Source of the DNA: an uncultured Fidelibacterota bacterium
GTDB lineage: Bacteria > Fidelibacterota > Marinisomatia > Marinisomatales > UBA1611
NCBI GenBank assembly: GCA_902562835.1
Contig: CACEUX010000008.1
Coordinates: 3,726-67,725 of the forward strand
Length of the DNA stretch: 64,000 nucleotides
Direction of reading: 5' to 3'
Shown here: one piece after another, positions 18,508 through 29,400 of the stretch
Position numbering within the stretch: position 1 is the stretch's first letter
Layout of the letters: each line of letters opens with the position of its first letter
The notes under the pieces: model-generated
The model's input: the letters and a program-made list of their open reading frames with translations, nothing else
What the model was told of the DNA's origin: nothing
The model's database searches: none
Position numbers and translations under genes: made by a program

Positions 18508-19374
18508 ATGAAGCAGCTCATTTCAATATTGATAATACCATTCTTTCTTAGTATTTCACCACTTGATGGTCAAGATGTTTACATGGAAGATTTTAGTGTA
18601 CCTATATGTGAAAACGGTAATGGAGAAGATACTCTACACTTTTTTGAAGCATATAATGGTGCATATAACGATTGTGGTTACAAGGTGATATTTGCCACTC
18701 TTTTTACCTCCTGGTGAGGATACTGCTGGGGGGAGGCTCCCCTCACACAGCAGTTATACGACACATATAATGACCAAGGCCTTGAAGTGGTTGCATTTGG
18801 AGCTGATTGGGGTGAGCCATATACTTGCCAACAGTGGATGAACTCATTTGATATTACATATCCCATTGCTGACTTTGAGACTGGCATGCCTAATTGGTAT
18901 CAAGAGGATATACCTATCAATCTACAGATGCATCAAATAGGTTGGGGCCTACCTTACAATATTATTATAGACCATAATATGGAGGTCATCTGGGGGGGCG
19001 TAAATGACATTGCTGAGGAAGAAGTATGGGAAGAGGCTGTTACAATGATAGAAAGTGCTCTGAATCATTTGAATGCGGAGGCACTCGTTGATAATGATGG
19101 GGATGGTATAGCTAATGAATGTGATGATTGCCCTGACTCACATCTATATACCTTAGGAAATTTTGATTTTTCAGAAGAAATCGTAGTTGATGGTCTTAAC
19201 TTTGTATATGCCCCTAGCATAGAAGTTTATGATCTACTTTTCCTTTCAGATCTAGTTAGCAGTGGTGATGAAATTTCACCATGTTATATTGAGGCGAGTG
19301 ATTTTACTGGTGATAATGCTCTGGATTTAATTGATATAATGGCTTTAGCTAGCTATATAGTAGAGGGTAATTAG
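18508..19374 (+). CDS. Selenocysteine-containing TlpA-like thioredoxin-fold secreted protein (family B, copy 2)
   Basis: ORF 18508..18717 (signal peptide, ..ATLFTSW) and ORF 18787..19374 are in frame. TGA 18715-18717 gives W-U-GYC-WGEAP, with stop-free sequence between the two ORFs. GLPYNIIID is cis-Pro-like. DNDGDGIANECDDCPD is a TSP3-like repeat, followed by a dockerin-like tail. Confidence 0.8.
18715..18744 (+). promoter_or_regulatory. UGA(Sec) plus putative SECIS hairpin (copy B2)
   Basis: GGGGA-GGC-TCCCC core (18730-18742), extendable to 18728-18744 with one G-U pair. The offset from the UGA is 15 nt, as in copy B1. Confidence 0.55.
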
Positions 19375-19381
19375 AAAAATC

Positions 19382-19960
19382 ATGACCATTAAGGCTCGAT
19401 ATGATATGCTTAGAAAGATATTTTTTTTTACAATGCTCTTTACATTGGCATATTCGCAAGGCAAGGTTCCAAATGTACGTCTAAAAATGTTAGATGGTAG
19501 CTCAGCCAAACTTTATGATTACCTCAAAGATGGGCCTATGATCATTGACTTTTGGGCAACTTGGTGTGAGCCATGTAAAAAACAGATGCATCATCTAAAT
19601 AAATTTCACCAGCATTTCAAAGATGCTGGATTTAAGGTTCTTACTGTTAATACTGATACTCCAAAAAGTATGGGCAAGGTGAAATCATATATAAGGTCAA
19701 AGAAATTCAAATTTTTTGTAGCTGTAGATCCTAATGGTCAAGTAAAGAAAAAATTAAAAGCAGAGCTCATGCCGACTACGATCTTAGTTGATACGGATGG
19801 CTCGGTGCTTTATCGTCATCAGGGGTATTACCCAGGAGATGAAGATAAAATATTAAAACATATCACGGACTATTTTGATGCAGCAGAAATAAGCTATGAC
19901 CCATACGATACTGAAAAGAAAAAACAGACAGCTAAAAAGCAAGTAGATATAGATTTTTAG
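19382..19960 (+). CDS. TlpA-like periplasmic thiol-disulfide oxidoreductase (Cys form)
   Basis: 192 aa with signal peptide (IFFFTMLFTLAYSQG), FWATWCEPCKKQM and MPTTILVD. It starts 8 nt after the family B Sec gene. Confidence 0.85.
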   Translation: MTIKARYDMLRKIFFFTMLFTLAYSQGKVPNVRLKMLDGSSAKLYDYLKDGPMIIDFWATWCEPCKKQMHHLNKFHQHFKDAGFKVLTVNTDTPKSMGKVKSYIRSKKFKFFVAVDPNGQVKKKLKAELMPTTILVDTDGSVLYRHQGYYPGDEDKILKHITDYFDAAEISYDPYDTEKKKQTAKKQVDIDF

Positions 19961-20040
19961 ACGAATATATCGCTGTTTAGATCCCTACATATAGATTTCA
20001 AATAAATTAAATATTTAATGATGCCCATTATTTTTAATAT

Positions 20041-20114
20041 GCGCCCGTAGCTCAACTGGATAGAGTGTCTGGCTACGGACCAGAAGGTTGGGGGTTCGAA
20101 TCCTCCCGGGCGTA
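20041..20114 (+). tRNA. tRNA-Arg (anticodon ACG)
   Basis: 74-nt cloverleaf folded by hand. Acceptor GCGCCCG/CGGGCGU (G1-U72 wobble), D-arm GCUC..GAGU, anticodon stem UCUGG/CCAGA with loop CUACGGA, T-arm GGGGG-UUCGAAU-CCUCC. CCA is not encoded. Confidence 0.88.
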
Positions 20115-20124
20115 CTTATCGACA

Positions 20125-20152
20125 AACCCTTCTTTTTAGAAGGGTTTTTTTG
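20125..20152 (+). terminator. Rho-independent terminator after tRNA-Arg
   Basis: AACCCTTC-TTTTTA-GAAGGGTT (8-bp stem) running into a T-run (20145-20151). Confidence 0.8.
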
Positions 20153-20193
20153 TTTGATGGAAGTTTCTATCACAATAATATCTGATTAATAAA

Positions 20194-21474
20194 ATGAACA
20201 AAGAACAAATAAATAAATTCACCTGCAAATTTGAGGATAAGGAATTAGAGCATGAATTTCTCCTCACACGATGGAATAAGGTTTGGACTTACATAAAGAT
20301 TCTCCTTTATTTTAATGTGCCTCTGGGATTTATGATAAGGATAGATGATATTTTCATTCGAGGTGCGGGAATGAATCCGTATTATCTTGCTTATCATGCA
20401 TTTGCAATTATCCTTCTGATCGTTTTTCTCATCTCCTCAAATCAAAAGAAACGAAAATATCATCAGGCTTACTTTTTAGTTGAAGCAATAGGGTTTATGA
20501 ACTGTGGAGCTTGGACTTATTACTTTTCTGATATTCAGTTTCCAGTAGGTGCCGGCGTCATTCCAAATATGATAATGATATATCTTGTTATTTTTCCATT
20601 CAATTTAATTAACGGTGTAATTGCCACTCTCGGCACTGCAATTCCTTTTGCTTTTCTTGTTATATCGGAAGGCAATATGACACCGGATCAATTGTCTTAT
20701 CTTTTCATTCTTCCCTTTATTTTCCTTATAATGAATAAACACAGCAGAGAAATAGATTATAGAAGAGACTTTTTTCAAAACAAGAACCTAGAATTAAATC
20801 GAAAATTGATGCAACAAACATTAAAACGTTATTTTGGGGAGAGACTTACGGAAAAAATGTTGGATAATGAAGGTGAGATTCAAGGTGATAATATTTGGGT
20901 TTCCATATCATTTACAGACATTGCAGCTTACTCAACTATTATCGAACATATGTCACCTGAGACAGCTGTAAAATTCCTAAATGAGTATTTTTCTGCAATG
21001 CATGATGTCATTGAAAAACACAATGGACAGATTATCAATTATATTGGTGACTCTGTTATGGTAGTATTTGGTGCTCCACAAAAGTTAGAAGACCACGAAA
21101 TAATTTCTGTTAAATGTGCTATAGAAATGAGAGAGAAGTTATCTGAATTAAATGCCAGATGGGATGGGACAGAATTCTCAAGATATTGGAAGAATCATGG
21201 CATTGATGGAATAACAGCAAGAACCGGAATACATACCGGAAGCGTCATTGCTGGTAATATTGGTAGCGACAGAATGTTACAATATAGTACAATTGGTGAT
21301 ACCGTTAATGTTGCTTCAAGGTTAGAGCAAAGGAATAAGGAGTTCGGTACTAGCATACTTTTTTCACAAAAGATATATACATCTCTTACAAAAGATCTCT
21401 ATGATAAATCAGAATATCAGGGAGAGATAAGCCTAAAAGGAAGAGACACAAAAACAAAAACATATAGTATTTAG
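20194..21474 (+). CDS. Membrane-anchored class III adenylate/guanylate cyclase
   Basis: 426 aa. The N-terminal half has about 6 hydrophobic segments. The C-terminal half has VSISFTDIAAYSTI..., NYIGDSVMVVFGAP, GIHTGSVIAGNIGS and YSTIGDTVNVASRLE, which are canonical class III cyclase blocks. Confidence 0.85.
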   Translation: MNKEQINKFTCKFEDKELEHEFLLTRWNKVWTYIKILLYFNVPLGFMIRIDDIFIRGAGMNPYYLAYHAFAIILLIVFLISSNQKKRKYHQAYFLVEAIGFMNCGAWTYYFSDIQFPVGAGVIPNMIMIYLVIFPFNLINGVIATLGTAIPFAFLVISEGNMTPDQLSYLFILPFIFLIMNKHSREIDYRRDFFQNKNLELNRKLMQQTLKRYFGERLTEKMLDNEGEIQGDNIWVSISFTDIAAYSTIIEHMSPETAVKFLNEYFSAMHDVIEKHNGQIINYIGDSVMVVFGAPQKLEDHEIISVKCAIEMREKLSELNARWDGTEFSRYWKNHGIDGITARTGIHTGSVIAGNIGSDRMLQYSTIGDTVNVASRLEQRNKEFGTSILFSQKIYTSLTKDLYDKSEYQGEISLKGRDTKTKTYSI

Positions 21475-21617
21475 ATTGATTGTTTTTATTTCATGTCTAT
21501 CAGCTTAAATGATATTTTTCAAAATTAGGTGTAAAAGCTTTTCAGGCCTTTTTAAAAAGGGTTTTTTATTAGAATTTTGTATATATAAACATTAGATTAT
21601 CGTCAGGAATTCAATCC

Positions 21618-22409
21618 GTGAAAATTAAACTAATCATCACATTATTTTTAATGACGCTTTCTAGTGCACAAGTTTATGATGTGGGCGATTTTGCACCATC
21701 CGATTTTGGACTTCCTTGGTGTGGTAATAACCCAGCTGGTGATGATAGTTTATTTTTGAGTGCATATAATGGAGCTATCAATGAAACAGGCCGTCCCTAT
21801 GTCATATGGTTGACTGCTTTTACAACTTGGTGAGGATATTGTTTGACGGAGGCTCCTGTCACTCAAGAATACTTTGATCTCTATGCTGATTCAGGATTAG
21901 TTGTGATTGGAATGGGAGGCGACTGGGGCCAACCTTACACCTGTGAAGGGTGGGTAGACAACTTCGGTTTAGGTTACCCTATAATATCTGATGAGGATAC
22001 CTACAATGAATATGAATATGGAGGTTTAGGAACTAATTTATTTACAGATACTTGGGTTCCATATAATATGATAATAGATCATACAATGGAGATAATCTAT
22101 TCGTCATCTGATTATTATGGTCAGGAAGGATATGACCTAATTTTCGATAAGCTCTTTGGCGCCTTAAATAAATGTACTCTATGCACCTGCTCAGAAGTTC
22201 TTGGAGACATTGACCATACATATACCATTGATAATGAACCTATCATTAATATAATGGATTTGTTAAGGCTCTCGGATCTTATTACAACGGATACGCGAAT
22301 GAACCATTGCGAGAGAGGGCAGGGAGATATTACTGGAGATGGTGTTTTGAATACGATCGATCTTTTTGCTTTTGCAACCATGATCTCAGAAGGTGTCTTT
22401 GATAACTAA
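21618..22409 (+). CDS. Selenocysteine-containing TlpA-like thioredoxin-fold secreted protein (family B, copy 3; dockerin-like tail only)
   Basis: ORF 21618..21833 (GTG start, signal peptide, ..LTAFTTW) and ORF 21843..22409 are in frame. TGA 21831-21833 gives W-U-GYC-LTEAP. WVPYNMIID is cis-Pro-like. The C-terminus GDITGDGVLNTIDLFAFATMI is dockerin-like. I see no TSP3 repeat. Confidence 0.78.
21831..21860 (+). promoter_or_regulatory. UGA(Sec) plus putative SECIS hairpin (copy B3)
   Basis: GGA-GGC-TCC core with a possible bulged U and outer GAC/GTC pairs (21845-21860). It is weaker than copies B1 and B2. Confidence 0.4.
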
Positions 22410-22435
22410 AAGAGTTTTATATATCATTTCTAAAT

Positions 22436-22460
22436 AGCCTCACTTCGTGGGGCTTTTTAT
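22436..22460 (+). terminator. Rho-independent terminator after family B copy 3
   Basis: AGCCTCAC-TTC-GTGGGGCT stem (with one G-U pair) followed by T5 (22455-22459). Confidence 0.7.
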
Positions 22461-22644
22461 TTCTAGTATTATTATTTAATAAAGAAAAAACACTTTTTTT
22501 ATTTAAATATACATTCTATTTTAAATTTGCCTACGACATAGCCCTGTTCTTATATTTAGGTGAGTCATTGTACTCACGAGGTAAGACAAAAATTAATTAA
22601 CAGCTGGTAGCTACAGGAGTAGTCTATCAAATGCGGAGTTCGAT

Positions 22645-23427
22645 ATGAGGGAAAGATCACATATTTCCATCCTAATTCGTGCTACACAGTTTTTTCTGTG
22701 GGCATGCCTTTCAGTTTTTATACTCTTACCATCCCCTGACCTCTACGCCCAAGATCCAGAAGATGATGTAGAAGAGTATTGGGGCGATGATGACGAGTAC
22801 GAAGAATATGAGGATGAAGATGAATATCTTGATGATGATGAGTATGAAGATGATGAAGAATATGAAGATGACGAAGAATATGAAGATGATGAAGAATATG
22901 AAGATGACGAAGAATATGAAGATGATGAAGAGCTATCAGATGAAGCAGAGAATCTAGGCTATACCATCGACCTAGCTTTAGGGTCACCCAGGTTCGTCAA
23001 TCCAGCTCTGATGAACTGGAACTCAAATGTTGACCTGAGAGCAAGCGTTGAGTTTCCCCTCCTTATGCAAGTCATGGGTGCAAGATTTCGTTTTGGTGCT
23101 GAGGTTGGTTCTTTCAAGTTTGAGAATGCAAAGTTCAGTACTGTTGGCGACGATGTAATTAATCTTGGAGAGACCTTTAGCGGTATAACAGCAATGGGTA
23201 TCATTGCTTTTCCTGCTGGTCCAGGAAAGATCAAATTTGGTGTTGGCATGGTTGGCTCTTCAGCTGGATTCTCAATGGAGGCATCCTATGGTATTAGAAT
23301 CGGCACGCTTGAGGTAAGAGGAGGAATACGTTCTACCGAGACCTTAATGGCAAAAACATCAGAGTCTGTAGAATTGGGTCGTGCAGGTTGGATGGATGGT
23401 CAGATCGTTCTAGGAGTCAATCTCTAA
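22645..23427 (+). CDS. Secreted protein with poly-acidic (E/D/Y) repeat region and C-terminal beta-strand-rich domain
   Basis: 260 aa with a signal-like N-terminus (FFLWACLSVFILLPSPDLYAQ). About 70 residues are almost exclusively D/E/Y. The final 160 aa or so have an alternating hydrophobic pattern compatible with a small beta-barrel. Confidence 0.65.
   Translation: MRERSHISILIRATQFFLWACLSVFILLPSPDLYAQDPEDDVEEYWGDDDEYEEYEDEDEYLDDDEYEDDEEYEDDEEYEDDEEYEDDEEYEDDEELSDEAENLGYTIDLALGSPRFVNPALMNWNSNVDLRASVEFPLLMQVMGARFRFGAEVGSFKFENAKFSTVGDDVINLGETFSGITAMGIIAFPAGPGKIKFGVGMVGSSAGFSMEASYGIRIGTLEVRGGIRSTETLMAKTSESVELGRAGWMDGQIVLGVNL
22846..22931 (+). repeat. In-frame 18-bp tandem repeat (about 4.7 copies) encoding EDDEEY
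   Basis: GAAGATGA(T/C)GAAGAATAT is repeated head to tail. The units alternate GAT/GAC at the third codon, so the period is effectively 36 bp. Confidence 0.9.
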
Positions 23428-23433
23428 TCGACC

Positions 23434-26400
23434 ATGTTTATAATTAAAAAAATATTATTTTATTTTATGAGCACCCTAAACAAAAGAAACATTGTTTCTA
23501 TGTTAGTTGGTATACTGAGTTTTTCTCAGCTAGTAGCTGCAAGTATTGATATCAGATTATCCAATAATAATACCTTTGGTACAAGTAGTCGTGGGGCATA
23601 TAATATTGATGTTTCGAATACAGATAATGGTGGTGTGACAGGTGGTATTGTTGTTTTGATCACTGATGCAACGGTTGACCATGATTACAAAGTATATGTG
23701 CAATATCATACTGGGGCTCCTGCTAATTCGAATCAATGGTTTTCACAGCAGATCAATGAGGCAGGAAATACAAAGATATCGATTGGAACAGATGGTACCG
23801 CTACTCAATATATTCCTCATGCTGCTATTGAAGCTTCTGACGATTGGCAAGGAACTGATTATGATGGTAATGTGACCTGGATCATTGTGAATGATGATCT
23901 TGATGATGATGACGAGCCTAATACTGCGAGCGGCACACAACATTACGAGACATATGATTTTGATATGATCGCACCGACCATATCAAATCAAACCATATCG
24001 GCACCTAAAGATGCTCCTTTCAACCAGACCTATCCGCATTATGCTAAGGAAGGTGACCAGATCAAAATGACATTTACCTCGGACGAAGCTATTAGCACTC
24101 TAACAGGCAACTTTCATGGAAATAGCAATATCTCAGCACAAAATTTAGATAGTACGTCTCCTTATGTTACTATAAATGCAGTCAATACCATGCCTGATGG
24201 TTCGACGGTCACGTTCAGTTTTATTTTAAAAGATTCCAATGGTAATTCGGCAACCATTTCATCAACGGAAAATAGTTCAAGCGTAATCACAGACTTTACT
24301 GCGCCTGATATAAATAATGGTACAACATACTATACATCTATGGTTACTGGAAATGGTGATTATTTTGCTAAAAGTGGTGACAACGTTGTACTGTCGATTA
24401 AAGCAAGTGAGACCCTTGTGCAGGGTAATTTTGATAATAATAATGCAACTGATGAAAGTGCCTACATGGTTTTTAATGTGGGTACATCAACGAATGTCAC
24501 AGTCACTCCAGCGCTTTCCGGTATCGCAGGCAATAATAGCTCAGAGTTTACTTCCACAGTGACGGTAACAGATGACAATGAGACTTCAAATACCTATGTA
24601 GATTTTTCGATTACAGGTATCTATGATAGGGCTGGAAATGAAACAGCTATTACAGATGATGTACCGACCATCAATGATCGTGTATACTATGATAGTACCG
24701 ACCCAACCATTGAAGAAATGTCCCACTCAACACCTGCCAGTAATGCTAATCCAAATCCATATCGAGCAAAAAATGGAGATGCTATAAAACTGACATTTGC
24801 TGCTAGTGAATTATTGGATTACAACTGGGATGATAATATTAATACACAACCAGCCCTGACATTCCAAGGTGGTGGTGGGAGCGGTAATTCATTTAATGCA
24901 AATACTATTGCAAGCGTTAGCAATCTGCAGAACTTTACTGCCACTCTTAATGATGTTGCTGGCTTATCAGAAGGTCAATTGAATTTCTCATTAGCTTTTA
25001 GAGATCGTTCAGGAAATCAAGCTTCAGCTCATACTGCATTGACCAATGAAGGTACTAGAATAACGATTGACAACAGTGCTCCTACGATCGATAATCTAAC
25101 GGTTGCATCTAATTCAACAAGTAATACTGCATTTGCCAAGCCAGGTGAGAGAGTAACGATTTCTATTGATGTGAATGAAGAGCTACGGAATTTATCGCAA
25201 TATGAGATCACAGATTATGATGATGGAGTGGCAGGGACCATAGGTGGGATAGAAGCAGAGGCGACCATGCAGGGAGGAACTGGTGGCCAGGTTTGGATCT
25301 TATCAGCGATCATGGGTGATTCACATCCCGAGGGACTATTAGAGTTTTCAGCAACATTGACCGATATGGCAGGTAATACTAAGGTTGTGACTCAGGCGGA
25401 TATTACTTCAGGTACTTCAGTTACCTATGATAAAACAGCTCCGACCATTGTTAGTGCATCGATACAGTCAAATAATATTAACCCTACTTGGGCAAAGGAA
25501 AATGAAGTAGTAACACTTATTTTTGAAGTGAATGAGAATTTAAAAGAAGACCCCACTGTGTCTATTGCTGGTGGCGCTGCCACAAAGGTGGGCGTGAATG
25601 TGCGAACCTACACCTATACTATTACTGTGGATTCCGATGACCATGAGGAAAATATTCTTGACACAAATCCAAATACAAACTTCACAATTGATTTTACAAA
25701 TGAGGCAAATATAGCTGGAACCCAATATACTCACGCGAGTGATGGCGTTGATGGGACAGTCACTATAGATTATACTCCACCAACTCTAACAAATGTTTAT
25801 ATAAAATCAGATAATACTGTTGATACATCCTATGCAAGATCTGGTAGCAATGTAACTCTTAAGTTTAAAGGCGTTGATGCACTTAGCTCTGGTTTATTGA
25901 GAGATGATCTTATAGTGACATTTGATACGGGTGCTGGTGGGGCCAGTTTGAATGCAACTGAAAATGGGGATAATACAAACGCGAGTTGGACCGCAACCGC
26001 CGAAATGGGAGCAGGTGTTCTTGAACAAGACCTAACGTTTTCAATCGCTGGTTTTAAAGATCTAGCAGGTAATGTAGGGACTACAGTGACTGATTTGTCT
26101 GGTGGCTCTCAGCTCACCTATGATCAAACAGCTCCTACATTATCTGCTCTTACAATGGCTTCTAATAATAGTAATAGTAACCAATTATCCAAGGTTGACG
26201 ATGCCATTACTATGGCAATAACTGTTAATTCAACGGTTGAACCTAATGGAATACAGTTACCAGTTGTTACCATTGCAAATAGATCATCAGCGGATGGAGA
26301 TGTTACTATCAGAAATGCTGCAAATGATGGGAATGCTAGTCAGGGAGATCTAGTATTTACAGCTAATTATACGATGCAGGATGCCGATACAGAAACTGAT

Positions 26401-29400
26401 TCCGTAGAATTTCAGGTTGCATTTACCGATCTAGCGGGAAATGTTGGAACAGCGGTAACCTCATTGGTCAATGATCGTGGGGTAAGTTTTGATAAAACTG
26501 CACCAGATTTTACCAATACAGCCATTAACTCAAGTGTAACCATTACATCTGATAATGGGAATGGTGATCCTACCATTGCTACAGTTAATGACGTTATTAC
26601 TCTCACTCTTACATCTGCAGAGGCACTTAAGGCAGCTACAAAACCAATTGTAACTATACTGGGTGTAAGCGCGACTGTAGGTGCAGATGCAGATAATAAG
26701 GTATTTACAGCAACGCATACTATCACTGGTAATGAAACGGGTATCACTAATAACCAGGTCATCTATTTTAATGTTGACGCTGGATATACAGACCCAACAG
26801 GGAATACTGGGTCTGCTATCACTCAGGCAGCAGCTTCCTTTGCAAATGCTACACTTCGTTCTACAAATGGGTCTTATGTCCTTTATGATATTACTGCGCC
26901 AGTTTTTGACCCTGTCAGGATCAAGTCTAGTAATGCCAACGACTCAACTCTGGCCATAGCAGCTGATGTTATTACTCTTACCATGATATCAGATACGCCT
27001 ATAAAAGCAGCTACTAAGCCAACAATATCTATTGCTGGAAACGTGATCCCAGATGATGATATTACTAGAGTTGGAAATACAAAGTTTGTAGCTACTTATG
27101 CTATGCAAAATAATACAAATGATAATACTTATAATGATCCTGATATAGTCATTCCTATCTCCGTAACAAATTATGATGATGCAGCGGGTAACACAGGGAG
27201 CGCTGTAACCAATACCTCTGACCCTACCAATAGTTATGTTGTGTATGACAATACCAATCCAGACCTACAGCAGGTGACCATTGCCTCAAACCTTGATGAA
27301 GATGATCCCTCTTTGGCTATCCCAGGTAGTACCATTACACTTCAATTTATAGCGGATGAGGTGGTTCAGGAACCAACTGTAACGATCGTGGGTAGACCCC
27401 CTGATAATCTAACTGGTTCAAACGGTAACAAAACATGGACAGCGACTATTGTTATGTTGGAGGATGATAGTGATGCTGCAGACCCCATACCATTTGCCAT
27501 ATCTTATTCTGATCTGGCAGGGAATAATGGTAGCGCCTATGATCAGACTGGAACTACAGATGGCTCTAGCATTAGTTTTGATAAGACAAAGCCTACACTT
27601 AGCGCTATCTATATGGTTTCTGAAAGCTCTGATAGTAAGGATAGTACTTATATAAACCCTGGTAATAATCTTAGTATTCGCTTTAAAGTAAGTGAGCCAC
27701 TCGCAGCATTGGATATTTATATGAATGCTACAAATAGAGGTAGATACCCCACTGTTGCTGATGACGCTATAACGATCACAAAACTTACGGAATGGAATGG
27801 TACATTTGAAAAATGGAAAGCGGTTTGGCCGGTAACTGATGGTACGGATGATGATGATGGTGCAGGGGTTGTCATACCTTTCACAATTGACTTTACAGAT
27901 CTAAATGGCTACAGTGGAGACCAGGTTACTGAGACCACAGACGATGTCTATGTGACCTACGATAAGACTGAACCCAGTGTTCAAGTATTTACCTACCTTT
28001 CAAACAACAATACAACTACTCTTGCGAAAGCAGATGATATCATCACGGCTAGTTTAACTGCTAGTGAACTGATCCAGCAACCCTCTATCAAGATAAGTAC
28101 TGCTTCAGTAGATGAAAGTGCTGGCGATACGGATAGATCATGGACAGCTACCAAGACACTAAATACTGATGATGTGGAAGGGCAGGTAGAATTAAAATTG
28201 GTCACATTTAAAGATTATGCGGGCAATGTGGGTAGAACGTCAGATATTAATAGGACGACAACAACTGACGATCTATATGTCACATATGATAAGACAAAGC
28301 CTGTCCTAACAAAAGTGAATGTATACAGTGACAACAACTATAGCAGCAATACAATGGCCAAAGTACAGGACATTGTTACCATTGAAATTTCAACGGGTGC
28401 TGATGGTGAGCTCATTTCTTCACCAACCGTTAGTATGATCGGTAATACACAAGATGTGACTGTCACTCCTAACACCCCTAATGCAGTCAGTGACCAAACA
28501 TGGTTGGCATCAAAGACGGTTGTTACAAATCATTCTGAGGGTGAAGTTGTATTCTCAATTACCTGTACTGATCTTGCAGGTAACGAGAGTGATGCGGTTG
28601 CTGTCTTGACCAATGACACAGATAATACAAATGTCACTATTGACAGAACAAAGACCGACCTGTCTGGATTGACCTTGGATATGGTCAATGATTCAGATAC
28701 GGGTATTCAAGCATATGATGAAGATGGCAATCTCAATTGGGTTGGTAAAACTGATAACTTGACCAGTGTACAGGCACCGACCTTTAGCATATCTGGATTA
28801 ACAAGTACTGCAAGTGCATCTGGAGACTCCATATACCTTATTATAGATAATGGGACCGCAATCGATACAACTATAAGGTCTAAGGTCAATGCAAATGAAA
28901 TGAACTTTACTGTTCCTTCAGATCTTCCAAGTCAACTTACGGCATATTCTGCAACAATTGTGACTAAGGATCCGGCAAATAATATTTCTGACCCTACTAC
29001 AGTTCTTAAGTTTAGGATAGATACGGATCCACCAGCATTAGGAAATGCTCCAGACCTTATAGCCACACATGATACGGGATTTGCAGATGATGATAATGTG
29101 ACAAACAATAGAAAATTTACTTTAGAGCTCGCAGGATTGGTCGCAAATAAACAAAATGTTATTGATATTTATTATGATGCTGAATCAGCAGGCGTAGATA
29201 ATTTTCTTGTAGTGGCTGATGTTATGATGGAAGTAGACAAGGACACTCCTTTAAGAGATGGGTCAGATACAATTTGGGTCAGTCGTTCTCTCCCTGATGA
29301 TGAGTATACCTTTAGTTATACTGTCACTGATTCTGCGGGGAATGTCTCCGCTAAGAGTGCTACCACTGTTATTACTGTTGACAGAACGGTGCCATCTACG

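Noticed and set aside
4701-22409. Genome-wide reassignment of UGA (for example to Trp or Gly) as the explanation for the six in-frame TGAs.
   Set aside because: TGA clearly works as a stop for housekeeping and neighbouring genes here: gltX 1606-1608, glnS 3292-3294, 4663-4665, 12001-12003, 18383-18385 and 36352-36354. The internal TGAs occur only at the first Cys position of CxxC motifs and carry a conserved downstream hairpin. This fits Sec, not a code change.
22560-22577. The hairpin GTGAGT-CATTGT-ACTCAC in the 5' region of the acidic-repeat gene as a regulatory element.
   Set aside because: It is a single 6-bp stem with no conserved copy elsewhere in the window, no adjacent T-run and no recognisable riboswitch features. 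That is too little evidence to call.
22780-22935. The short-period direct repeats as a CRISPR array or non-coding satellite.
   Set aside because: The period is 18/36 bp with no spacers. The repeats lie in frame inside an ORF and encode an EDDEEY tract. No CRISPR-like repeat-spacer architecture is visible anywhere in the window.
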